From: Paraspadella gotoi
Lineage: Eukaryota; Animalia; Chaetognatha
Direction: 5' to 3'
Assembly: GCA_051294375.1 (NCBI GenBank)
Contig: CM119269.1
Location: forward strand, 12,804,790 to 12,868,789
DNA: 64,000 nucleotides
This document shows, piece after piece, positions 13,204-24,252 of this stretch. Under the pieces are notes generated by a model. That model did not search any database, was not told the origin of the DNA, and saw nothing but the letters and a program-made list of their open reading frames with translations. The position numbers were made by a program, and so were the translations under genes. How positions within the stretch are numbered: position 1 is the first letter of the stretch; each line of letters begins with the position of its first letter.

Positions 13204-15091
13204 ATGGCTACCATTTATTTCAACGCGTTCTCCTGCGGGGAGAACCTCAAACTGGTCGTCGACGGTCAACCCTGGGACGCGGAGGCGTCGATGATGCTTA
13301 GCGAAGATCTTCGCTATTTATTGGGTCGCGGATTCAACGAGGGCGTCGAGCCTAAAGGTTTCAATCATTTTGTCGGGTTCGATTCGGACCCGCGGGTGCA
13401 AAGAAAGCATTGCTTGCTTGCTTGCTCGGACGGCGTCTGGAAACTGAGACCTTTGGAAGGTAGCGTCGCCGTCGACGGCAGCACCGTCCTCAAGGGAGAT
13501 AAGAAAGAGATCAATCAAAGAAGTCGAATCAAAATCGGAAATACGAAAATAACTATCGTTCCGCTAAATTGTGTTTCGAAGTCGGGAAAAGAGGAAGGGG
13601 TGACCGAAAAAGTTAAGGCGACGCCGGAGAAGAATACTAACCTTGTCGCGAACTTACCCGCCGTAAAAAAACTCCGAACCCCCTCTAAGTCCATTCTAAA
13701 AAAATCCGTTATTTCTAAGGATGTCGATTCAAAACGCAAAGGACTTTGCTCGGCGCCGACACCGGGTAATATATCTTTCTGAAGTTTGGCCGATAAAGAA
13801 GCTTTTTTTTTAAATTTAACTTGTGAATTTAGGACTCGGGACGAAGGATAAAGAATCAATTCACGACAAAACAGTGAAGATAAGTGATACTCCCACTTGT
13901 CTGTACTCACCGGTCTCAGACAGAGATCAAGAATTCGCTCCAAATTCACCGACGATCGAAGGTTCCTCGTCTACGATCGCCTCAAAAAGCGGAGCGATCG
14001 AAGGGCGAGATTCGTCGCACTGGATCGGATCCAAAAGCCGTGCTATCGAAGGAGGTGATTTGTCGTTCCCGGTCGGCTCGAAAAGCCGCTCGATGGAAGG
14101 ACGTGATTCGTCGTTCCCGGTCGGCTCAACAAGCAGCGGGATCGAAGGCGCGAGAAAACGAAAAATCGAGGAAACTGCGACGAAAGATGTCGCGATAAAG
14201 AAAAGAATCATTGAAAAGTAAGAAAGGGATCGACAGGGTTATTAAGTGGTCCAGGCTAATTTGATTAAAAAATCCCCTTTTATTGCAGAAATTCGGAAGA
14301 AAATGAATTATTCGGAAAACCTGCTCTATCATTAGGTAAGTTGTCTTTAGTTTATCTGTTTTAAATAAAGCTTAGCTTGAAAAAGAAATGATAAATTGTT
14401 TTAACAAATCTCGATCGAGCTAGTTTTCATTTATGCATGTAATTTGAAAAAAAATTCAATTATTAATTATTGATTTCATAAATAGGCGTTAATAACAATC
14501 ATCATTAAAAATAACTTGTGCCAATTAACCCTGCACTTGCATCATAAATATAACGGCCACATGATTAAAGTTTTATGTTGATTACTATGGATTATTATTG
14601 TGGTTTCCATGGAAACCGATGTGGCAGCGATCACACTTTTCCTTATTTTTGTTATGTGGATTGTGGAGTGTGGACTCTGGACAGTTGGCCGTAGCACACC
14701 GATTCCGTGCAAAGTTGAAGTGTTATGCACGACTTCATGAGAATTTTCTAGTTTTATTTTCGTCATTGTAGTGAACTTATTTAAAACATGACATTTATGG
14801 TTATTGTTTATCGAAATTGATCAGATGAAAAGAGAGGGTGAGTACAGAACAGTACAGAATCAGTTCAGACCCGATTACAAGTTACAAGTTAGTTTCGATG
14901 TTATGATTGTATGAAGTTGAAGGTATATAATTTATGATTTAAGTTAACGATTAGAAAAAAGGTAAGTATAAAACAGTTAAGAGTTTCATTCTCCAATCAA
15001 TGTTTAAAAACAAACGATTTAAGATTACTCAAAATTGTAAATTTAAAAACATAATAATAATAATAATTTTCAATTCCTTTCTTTCTTTATT

Positions 15092-15179
<88 letters not shown>

Positions 15180-16693
15180 TTAATTTCCAATTTTTCTATT
15201 TTTACAGCAAAAGATAAAATAAATCTAAATTTTTTAGATGTTTTTCTTCGCTGGTGTGACTTCATTGAACAAAAGGCGTTTCTGTCTGTTTTATTATTTA
15301 TGTATATATCACATTATAATTCCACTCTCCATTTTACTTACCCACCCCAGTCTCCCCTCAACCGATCAAAATCCTCTACCAGTCGACTCCCTGCGACTTT
15401 CCCCCCCTTCCACCCGCCTTGCTCTCCGTTCTCTCCCGCGAGAACAAGGCTTGGCTCCTGACCAATCCCGATTTGACCTCCCTGCCATCCGTGGAGACCC
15501 TCGCCGCGGCCTTTCGATCCTCCGACGTCGTCGACGAAGGCGTTGGGGAGATGATCTCTTGGGATTCTTACTCCGAATCGATCGTCGACTTTTCGTTGAG
15601 AAACTTGAGGGATCGAATCGACTCGAAGGGGGCGTCCTCTCGACTTCCCGGTGCCACGAGACTCTTGCACTTTCAAAGAATGGGGCCACTTATAGAGACG
15701 AGTCCCGAAGTGGCGACTTTCGCCGCAAAATGCTGCGACATTTCGACGGAAGAGTGGCGCCGCCTCGCTGTCGGTTTGACGCTTTGCAAAGTGGGCGTGA
15801 CGGGCGATGACGAGAGGAAAAGGAAAATCGGGGTTCAGAGATTCGGATTTCTTCGTTTGACGAGCGTCGTCGAAAATCAAGATGGCCGCCACGCGTGCGC
15901 GGAGATTCGAATAACTTTCCGAAAATGGAGTCGGGGCGAACCCTCGTTTTTCGAACTCAAGAGCGACGCCTGCGTTCCGGCGGAAGAGGAACTTCGCCGC
16001 TTGGCGTCGCTGGCGGCGTTGCGGAGACGACGCTCCCTGACGTGGCTCCCCGACGTCTCGCCCACTCAGAGCAGGGACGTCGCCGACAGACTCAAGGACG
16101 CCGGCGATACGCTGACCCTTTTCGCGGCTTCGAGCGGCGACGAAACCGCTAGACGAAGGAGACTCTCGAAATTGGCGGAGATGTTGTGGGGCCGATTGGA
16201 TATCCACGACGGAGATCCCGTTAGGAATTCGAAAATCTTCGTGACTTCGAACAACGTGGTCAGACTTGAAAGCGAATTGACTGAATATCCGGAAATATTA
16301 CCCGCGTCTCACTTTCCGATGTTTACCTGGAATATCGACCCACCCGACGTGAACCATAATCGAATTCAACCCTCGTCTATTACGATGTTTCAATTGAGTC
16401 ATGATTGCGAGAGTCTATATAAATGGACGAGTTCAAATATAAACGGCGTCGTTCTTGTGGTTTTCGACGCTCATTTGGTGGCTGAAGTCGATCTGTTGGA
16501 ACCTTTGGCAAGATTGAGGGTCCAACATTTGATTTTAATTGGAGACTTTTATAAATCTGCGAATAATACTACTAATAGTTATAAATGGACTTTATTTGAA
16601 AGAGTTTTGAGGAAACAATATCATCTTAAAGACGGATTTTTAAGTAATAAAATTTGTTTGTTTTTTAAAGAAGACCGTATTATTATAAATTGA
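13204..16693 (+). CDS. ~800-aa protein: N-terminal FHA-like domain, low-complexity linker, degenerate Sen1/Upf1-like SF1 helicase RecA1 domain
   Basis: Phase-compatible exons 13204-13765, 13833-14217, 14289-14335, 15208-~15275, 15351-16693 (last junction ambiguous). FHA-like YLLGRG..RKHCLL..WKLRPL..VAVDG..IKIG; helicase-like KIFVTSNNVV, VVLVVFDAH..E..LLEPL, HLILIGD, TLFERV. Confidence 0.7.
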
Positions 16694-17431
16694 TTGGTTG
16701 GTTTACTATTGCCTGTACATTGTATATATTTGATTGGTTATTATTAAATTTGATGAGTGAATCTGAAAAAAATCATCAAAATGATTCTGTCTTTAGATTT
16801 TATTAGCTTTTTTTTGTTCCAACCAAAGTAAATTTATAAGAAAGTTGAATATCATTTATTTTTGCATATTCTAAAAATTGGGAATGACGAACTACTCATT
16901 TTAGAAAATGTTATTTTTATAAATGTATAATAAATGCTGATAATACTATCCTTGTTCTATTGTTACTATTATTCACTTATAAAACATCAAATGTAATTGA
17001 TTCATGATAGCAACGCGAGAGTCCAGCTGTCTTTTTAAAATGCATTTATAAAAATAATATTTTCTAAAATAATTAGTTCGTCAGACCCAATAATAGTATA
17101 TGCAAAAATAAATGATATTGGGGCGTTCTTGAAAAAAAAGGCCAACAATTGTTTATTGTAATTAAAAAATATTAAAAAGAAGAATTGTAATTCCTATGTG
17201 TTGCGCTGCAGTGACTTTATTTTCATATGTATTTCTCTTTAATCACATGATATGACATCACTAAAAATCTTTCCTTGCCTGTGTATTTATGATATTCACA
17301 GCATCAAAATTATGTCCTTTATTCCTTATAGTTTTTGGAATTATTATTATATTTGGGTTTTTTTTCTGTCTTAACAAATGAGCTGCCAACTATAGGCAAA
17401 TTTATGTATTTTTAATTGACGTGGGATATAC

Positions 17432-17507
17432 CAACGGACCGAACGACAGACCGACCAAAAAGTGACTTATAGAGTTGCTCCGCGAGTACTCGCGGCGCAA
17501 CTAAAAA
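17432..17507 (-). mobile_element. HINE/DINE-like element end with hairpin
   Basis: Palindrome agttgc-tccgcgagtactcgcggc-gcaact beside gacc/gaca repeats; similar ends at 51205-51272 and 55578. Confidence 0.5.
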
Positions 17508-17513
17508 GTACGG

Positions 17514-17696
17514 TTTTTTCAGCCAAAGCGTCGAGGTTAAATTTAACTTCAACATATTTATTTTTCACATTCATCTTTTTCAGCCAATGCGCAGAGGTTA
17601 TTTAACTTCAACCTATCTATATTTTTATAATATTATTTTTAGCCAATTCACAGAGGATATTTAACATCCACCCATTTATTTTTCATATTCATCTTC
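17514..17696 (+). repeat. ~61-bp tandem repeat, 3 copies, two with CCAAT, just upstream of ATG 17734
   Basis: tttt(c)agccaa...gagg.ta.ttaac.tc.ac..at.tattttt repeated three times. Confidence 0.8.
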
Positions 17697-17733
17697 AAAT
17701 TTCAGAAACACTTAATTTCAAATTATATTTACA

Positions 17734-19585
17734 ATGGAAATCGAGAGGTTCATCTTTCATCATTTGAAAGAAGAAAAAGAATGCCTTGTTGCATTGAAAG
17801 ACATTGTCAAAGCATCCAACGGACTTATTACCAGAAATGAAGTTGAAAGGGGAATCTTCAAGTGTTTCCCCAACGTCCGAAGGATTCCCCATGTTTTGAA
17901 CAAATGCAACGTCAGCTTCCATGGGCTGTCCAGTCAAACCGTGAACATTCCTTCTAGACACGTCTCGACAAAAACAATAATGGAGTGGTTGGGGAAATAC
18001 GCGCAGACGAGAGTAAACGTCATGACTCCGCCGGGTAGTCTTGGAGGATCTTCACCCTCTCCTGGAATCGGGGTCTTTAACCTAAACACCGGTAAGATTT
18101 TCTGAAGACTTATAGTCCTATATTTATGAAATTAGTACAACCAATAAAAAATTATCCATTCATTTATTAAACAAGAAGCAACAAGTTCAAGGTGTTGCGC
18201 TGCAGTGACTTTATTTCATACCTAATGATCTATTGATGAGGTAGACAAATATATATGTTCAAGAAACATCTTATGGTTGATCAGTTGATCACTTATTTGT
18301 AAAGTATTAAATAAAATAACAAACTATGCCAGATTGACATTATGATCACATGATCCAATAAATACAACTAGGAAACATAAGCACAGGAAACAATTTTTTA
18401 TACTTTACCAGTCTGCCAAGTAATAATTAAATTGACTAGATATTCTAAGTATTACCTTTCCTATCAATAAATTCAACATTTTCATTTTTTTTCACAGAAT
18501 TGACGGACTCAACTTTCCAGACTTCCATCCAAATGGAACCAATTCACCAACAGCAAAGTAATGTCCGAAACTTTGCTCCATATAATTCAACAATTTTTAA
18601 ACAAAATTATCAGTTGAGCTTTAACGATGCGCGACTCTTCGATCTTCACCGACAAGAGCGGCAGCCCACACAAAATGTTCACATTTTTCAACCACAGCAG
18701 CAAACAAATAACGAACATCAGAATCATAATGAGATGCAGCAACGGCAGACCCAGCAGCAACACCAGACCATAACCACGATCACTACCAGTATAACCCAAC
18801 CAACCAACCCACATCACGGGTCACAAGTAAATGACGCAAATGAAAAGAGAAGTTATGAGCAACTGTTCCCTTATAAAAACGCAACTGATCCGGAACGAGA
18901 GAAAACCATAAAGAGGCGTCGATTGGAGGTTCAACTTGACCTAATTCGTCAAAAAAAGAAGCTCATCATGGATCAGTACGATGAAAATCCTCAACCTGAA
19001 TTCTCGGCAGAAATGTTTTTACAGTCTTATGATGATGAGCCTCTTCTTCAAGCTAGAAATTTGAGTCCGCCACTTTCTCCACAAGTTACAGAAAACCATT
19101 TTGATGAAATAACAACAGAAAATGATCATGAAACAACTCCTGGCCAAGAAACAACTGGCCAAGAAACAAGTAATGAGCGAGACACAACAAGAAGTGAATC
19201 TAATGGCCAAATAGAAACAACTAACGGCCAAGAAGAAACAACTAATGGCCAAGAAGAAACAACTAATGGCCAAGAAGAAATAACTAACCGCCGAGAAACC
19301 GTCATCAGAGAAAGAGACAAATTGTCTCCGGAACAAGGCGATCCACCCAATCAAACCTTTTGTTCCAGTAATTCAAATCCCGACCAAAATAAATCAGGGA
19401 CGAGAACGGGGTTTTACTGTCCGAGAATTCTCCAGGACGAGGATTCGAAAGAAAATTTTACGTCCGTCGCTGAATCTGAGAAAGAAAAGAAAACTTTATT
19501 TTCCGATGACGATTGGTTGACTGAAGAAGAAATCTCCTTTATTATGGAAAGAAGACGTCAGGATCATGTAATTGTTTTGGATTGA
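17734..19585 (+). CDS. 481-aa protein with a putative RFX-like winged-helix N-terminus and a Q/T/E-rich disordered C-terminus
   Basis: Exons 17734-18091 and 18498-19585 joined by a phase-1 GT-AG intron; IERFIFHHLKEE..GIFKCFPNVRR..SFHGL resembles the RFX/D5-C wHTH pattern; TTNGQEE repeats. Confidence 0.65.
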
Positions 19586-20013
19586 TCTACATGAATAGCA
19601 TGTTTGGTGTTTGCTAATCTTCACAAAATTTTCGGTTCAAAGTTAAACATTATGGATTCGGAGATTTTTGTCTATCGTGATTACAGAGTTCTGTACGATG
19701 AAAGAGAAAATACATTGTTTTCCTATCAAAAAAACAAATATTCTTTTTATTGTTAATTGTCACGATTCGAAGTTCCATCTAGCCTTCTTTTTGGTATGAA
19801 ATATACGATGGTCCGATGTGGCATTGTGAATATTATTGATATTTCAGGGGCTTATAAAAAATTGCATAATTCGATTATTTCTAAAAAAATTTAGTATTCT
19901 CTGGGTATATTATGTATAATACAAGTTTGATTACCAATAAAAATTATTTACCATTTTTAGAAAAAATTAAAAGAATAAAACAATAAAGGAAAAAAAAAAA
20001 CACTAAATCAAAA

Positions 20014-21114
20014 ATGAAGATTTGTTTTGTGAACGCGCAAACAAGCGCGGACGAAAACGCCACTATCCTTCAAATCGGCGCGCAAAGCCTGGATCGGAAA
20101 CAGTTCAGCGTGTTCGTCATCCCAGAAAAGGAATACGAACGAAAGGGGGAAGGTAGGAAAATATGATGCATTTTGTGATGAATTATTAAAACTTCGTTCA
20201 GTTCATCATTATTCCATGAATGTTATTTTCATCCCCCTTTTCTCTTTTCAAAACAGACCACGGGATTTCTATTAACAAAGCCACTGGTCGCGTGACGAAA
20301 TTTGGCGACTACGTAGATTACGCCAAGACTCCAGAGCAAGCTCTGAGAGAATTCTTGGCGTACACGCATACTCTTGCCGACTTTGGCGGGTGAGTTTTAA
20401 CGGGTATTTATTGCGGTTGTAAGGGGGTCATGGTTTTTTATGCCAGTTATTGCCAGTGAAGTTGGAGATAAAAAATTGCGAACAAAATGAGATAAATCGA
20501 TTGATTAAAATCTGAAAAGCAAATGAAATCGACTTGGTTAATGTGACATTCATTTTCATGAGGGGACAGGGAAAGAAAACTTTGGTTTACATTTGTAAAA
20601 TAAATTATAAATTATACTTCCAAATAATGTGAAGTTTGGAGACAGGCATTTGAACCGAGGGAATAAAATTATTTTTAAACGGGCATTGGAATTTCAATAA
20701 TTATATTTTTGGAGCTTTTATTCTCTTTTAACATAATATCAATCAGAATTTCCACTTTTCTTGGTTAGGATAACAAAATGGCCTTATTTACCCAGAACGA
20801 CCCATTTAATCTTAAATTCGGAATTAGGTTAAAGGTTATACATCACGCATAAAACGGGGTAAATATTTTCGCAATCGAGTAAACAAAAAGATTTAGGAAT
20901 CTTCAGATTTTTTTTTCAGGATTTCTTTTTCTATATTTTTTTCCTATAAATTTAAAAAAAAAATTAATTCCTAAATACTAAGGCTTTTATTAAATAGTCT
21001 ATACAAAATATCGAGATTGGTTTATTTCTTTAAACCTTTCATTCAAAATTAAAGTCATTACTATGGTAAGAAAGAAAGAATTAGAGGAGGATGAAGCAGA
21101 TGAGTAGGGTAAAA

Positions 21115-21203
<89 letters not shown>

Positions 21204-22775
21204 AGAAAAGGAAAGAGTGTTGCAGTTATTGAAGAGACGAATTTTTGAGAGAGGTCGCTGCCACAAGAGACTCTTTGCAGGTATAGTTGCAGTCATCAAA
21301 CCAGAGTCATCAGAATATACGTTGAATCTAAAATTTATGATAAAAAGACAGATAAATCAAAAAAGAAAAGTAAAAACAGTTAAATTCTTTCTTAAGGATT
21401 TTCAAGAAGACTGTTCTCATTTCGTTCGGGCCATACCGTGAAACATATCCATGAATTTCAGTAACCAATTGAAAGGTCTTTTCATCCTCTTGAATTCGCC
21501 GTATGCGAACGAAAAATTTGTTCAGGAAAAATCAATAAAATGAAGAAAAGATCACTTAATTCTCGAATTCCAACTATTCCTTTTCGGTTTTACCCCATTT
21601 TATGCGTGATGAGTTAAGGACTATGTTAGGGATTAAGCTAATGATTAAGGTTAGGGATTGGGTTAGTAATGAGGGTTATGGAATAAGTTTAAGGATTAGG
21701 GTTTAAAATTAGAGGTTAGAGTTAGAATTCAGGCATAAAGCCTTTATAAAATATTTAATATGTTTAATATTTATATATCATCTCCCAATCATTTCAGAGT
21801 TAATAATGGTCTCGTTATCTTCACGCTGAATGGGAATTCAGGCATCAACACTCTCCTTTCTCGATTTTTAAATCACGACGCAGCAAAAAAAATTTTTGTG
21901 GGCGACCTCACCAACTACTTACCCTCGCAGATGAAGGGAACTGCTGCCAGAATTCTCTCTTTAATCTCTCCCAATTTCAGGTGACATTCCTTACCTATGA
22001 GTTCGTCATTCAATGAACCCAATTTTTTAAATAAAACGTTATTCAATAAAAATTAAATTATGTGTTTTTTGACTAAGACAATGATAAATAAAGAAAGAGA
22101 GGGGAAAGGAAACAAAAGATGGAAAGAAAGAAACAAATGTAGAAACACAAAAGTTAAAAAAATCCAATGATAACAGTATAAATCCGGCTGGTTATGTTTT
22201 TAAGTTTACGATAATGTTACTAGAGCTAGATTAAGCTATAGTTGATAACAAAATTTGGCCTTATTCACCCTAAATACCCCATTGCATCTGAAGTTCGAAA
22301 TTAAGTTAATTTTTTTTAGCTAAAAATTAGGTTAAAGGTTATAGTTTAGGTAAAAGATTATTCTTAAAGATTAGGTAAGTCAATAAGGTTAGGGATTAGG
22401 TTTTTAAGTTTGATGGTGAGGGTTAGAGATTAGGAATTAATGTTTAGGGTTAGCGTTAAATATTATGTTAATTAGGGACTCTGGTTTCGGATTAGGGTCA
22501 TGGTTTTGGTAACAGATTTAATATGAAAGTTAAAATTAGGTTTAGAAATTAAGAAACAGTACTGCCTACTTGGGGGAACTTTTGGAATAGAGATCCCAAA
22601 ATTCATGAATGACTTCTGTACAATTTCTTCCGACAGATGGGAGTCGAACGAGGCCTTGGGTGAAGGGCGCGCCGTTCGCGAAGTGGCGAGGTGTCTTTTG
22701 GGACGTAACCGAACCATCGGCGCCGCGAACGACCTCGTTTTGGGAGAGCGACGACAACGGCGACGACAACGTTGA
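20014..22775 (+). CDS. 197-aa DEDDh (TREX1/Plex9/Exuperantia-like) fold protein with catalytic residues substituted
   Basis: Four phase-compatible exons 20014-20152, 20257-20389, 21798-21980, 22637-22775: MKICFVNAQTS..ILQIGA..FSVFVIP..HGIS..ALREFLAY..LVIFTLNG..FVGDL..SNEALGEG. Confidence 0.75.
20780..21742. mobile_element. Telomere-like-repeat MITE interrupted by a second TIR element (20842-21611)
   Basis: End ggccttatttacccagaacgacccattt, TTAGGG-like body resuming at 21612; inner TIRs catcacgcataaaacggggtaaa / tttaccccattttatgcgtgatg. Confidence 0.6.
22257..22593. mobile_element. Telomere-like-repeat MITE copy in an intron
   Basis: Starts ggccttattcaccctaaataccccatt; interior ttaggg/ttagg variants; ends acttttggaatagagat. 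Confidence 0.6.
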
Positions 22776-23877
22776 CGAAGTGGAAGACGACGACGAAAAA
22801 AATTGAAAAACCGTCGTTGTCATATCTTGGTCTCTTGCTCATCTTCACGAAAATGTTAAAAAAAAAACTGAATTTGAATCGACAGAATCTCGGACTTTGC
22901 AATGCGTCGAATATCATCGTCGCGTTTTCGTATAAACTTTTAGTTTTTCGAACGACGCTTATTTTTGAATGAGTTCAAAATTTACTCCGACGATAAATAG
23001 TTCGTTCTAGTAAATGTCTACATCCCGACAAAAAATATTTTCGTATAATCCCGAAAAAATATAAATTTGTACTAGTCGAAATTTTTTTGTTTTAATTCAA
23101 ATTCAAAAAAATAATACTATCTGACAGTGCGGCTTCCGTGCCAATAAATCAATAAATATAATAATAATAATCAAACATGTCACGTGATCTGTATAAGAAA
23201 AGGAAGGTTTATACTAAGTAATAATCAATGATGATTAATGATATTTAATCCTAATCATACGTACTGATTTATTAAATAATCACGAACGAACTGAGTTTAT
23301 TTTTGATCCAACGTTTGGAAAAAGTTTATGTCCAACACATGTTTCTCATTATTTGTCAGAAAAATCCGCTGCTTTACTTTCTCTTAGCCTTTTTTGCTCC
23401 CTTGTCTGACTTTTCATCTGTGGGAAATAAATCTTAAAATGTCAGACACAGTTTATCGAATTAGTCCAGCTTGGCTAAATTGCTTTGCACCTATTGTTTG
23501 TTTAGTTTGCAGTATTGCTGTGGCTGGTATTTCCAATTTCTAGCATTCTTTACTTATCTAGTGGTTTTCTGTGAAATAAAATTATTCATCAATTTTTGTT
23601 AGCTTAACTTTTTGATGAATTGAAACTCTTGTGTGATTGTACTGAAAAATTCTCTGTTTTTAATACGGTTTTTGATTGTTAGCATTAGTCTTTGAATCGT
23701 GTTTTTCAATAAACTTTTATATATATATATATGTAGATGTATTAATTAATCAAATAATTAAGCAGTTAATTAATCAATTAGTCAATTATTTAATCAATAA
23801 TTAATCAGTCAATTAATCAATCAATTAAATATTCAATCAATCAATTTATTTATCTATTAATTAATTAAATTAATCAA

Positions 23878-24252
23878 TTGTGTGATTAAGCTGGAAATCA
23901 AGTTTCAATGGAAATCGTCTGAGTGGAAAATGAGTTTAAATGGAAAAAGAAAAAAACTGTTTCACTAATTGATTAAGCTGCTCTTTTCTTTTTATATTAA
24001 ATGTAAATCAATTAGTCAAATAAATAATCAATAATTAATTAATCAGTCAATTAATCAATCAATTTAATTTATATATTAATTAATTTTTCAATCAATTAAT
24101 TATTTAATTAATCAATCAGTCAATCGTTATCGCATTATTGTCGTCGCCATCATCGTCGTCGTCGCTTTTGCGGAACAAATTAAATAATTTATTAATTAAC
24201 TACCGCTTATGATCGTGGGCAGATACGACATTGTCTGCTCAAACTTGTTTTT
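23878..24252 (+). mobile_element. Partial HINE/DINE-like repeat related to 55578-56052
   Basis: Shared blocks tgtgatt.agctgga.at.aagtttc..gagtggaaa.tgagtttaaatggaaaaa and cagat.cgacattgt.tgctcaaacttgtttt. Confidence 0.6.

Noticed and set aside
15338-16207. 289-aa ORF on the - strand
   Set aside because: Antisense shadow of the GC-rich helicase-like exon.
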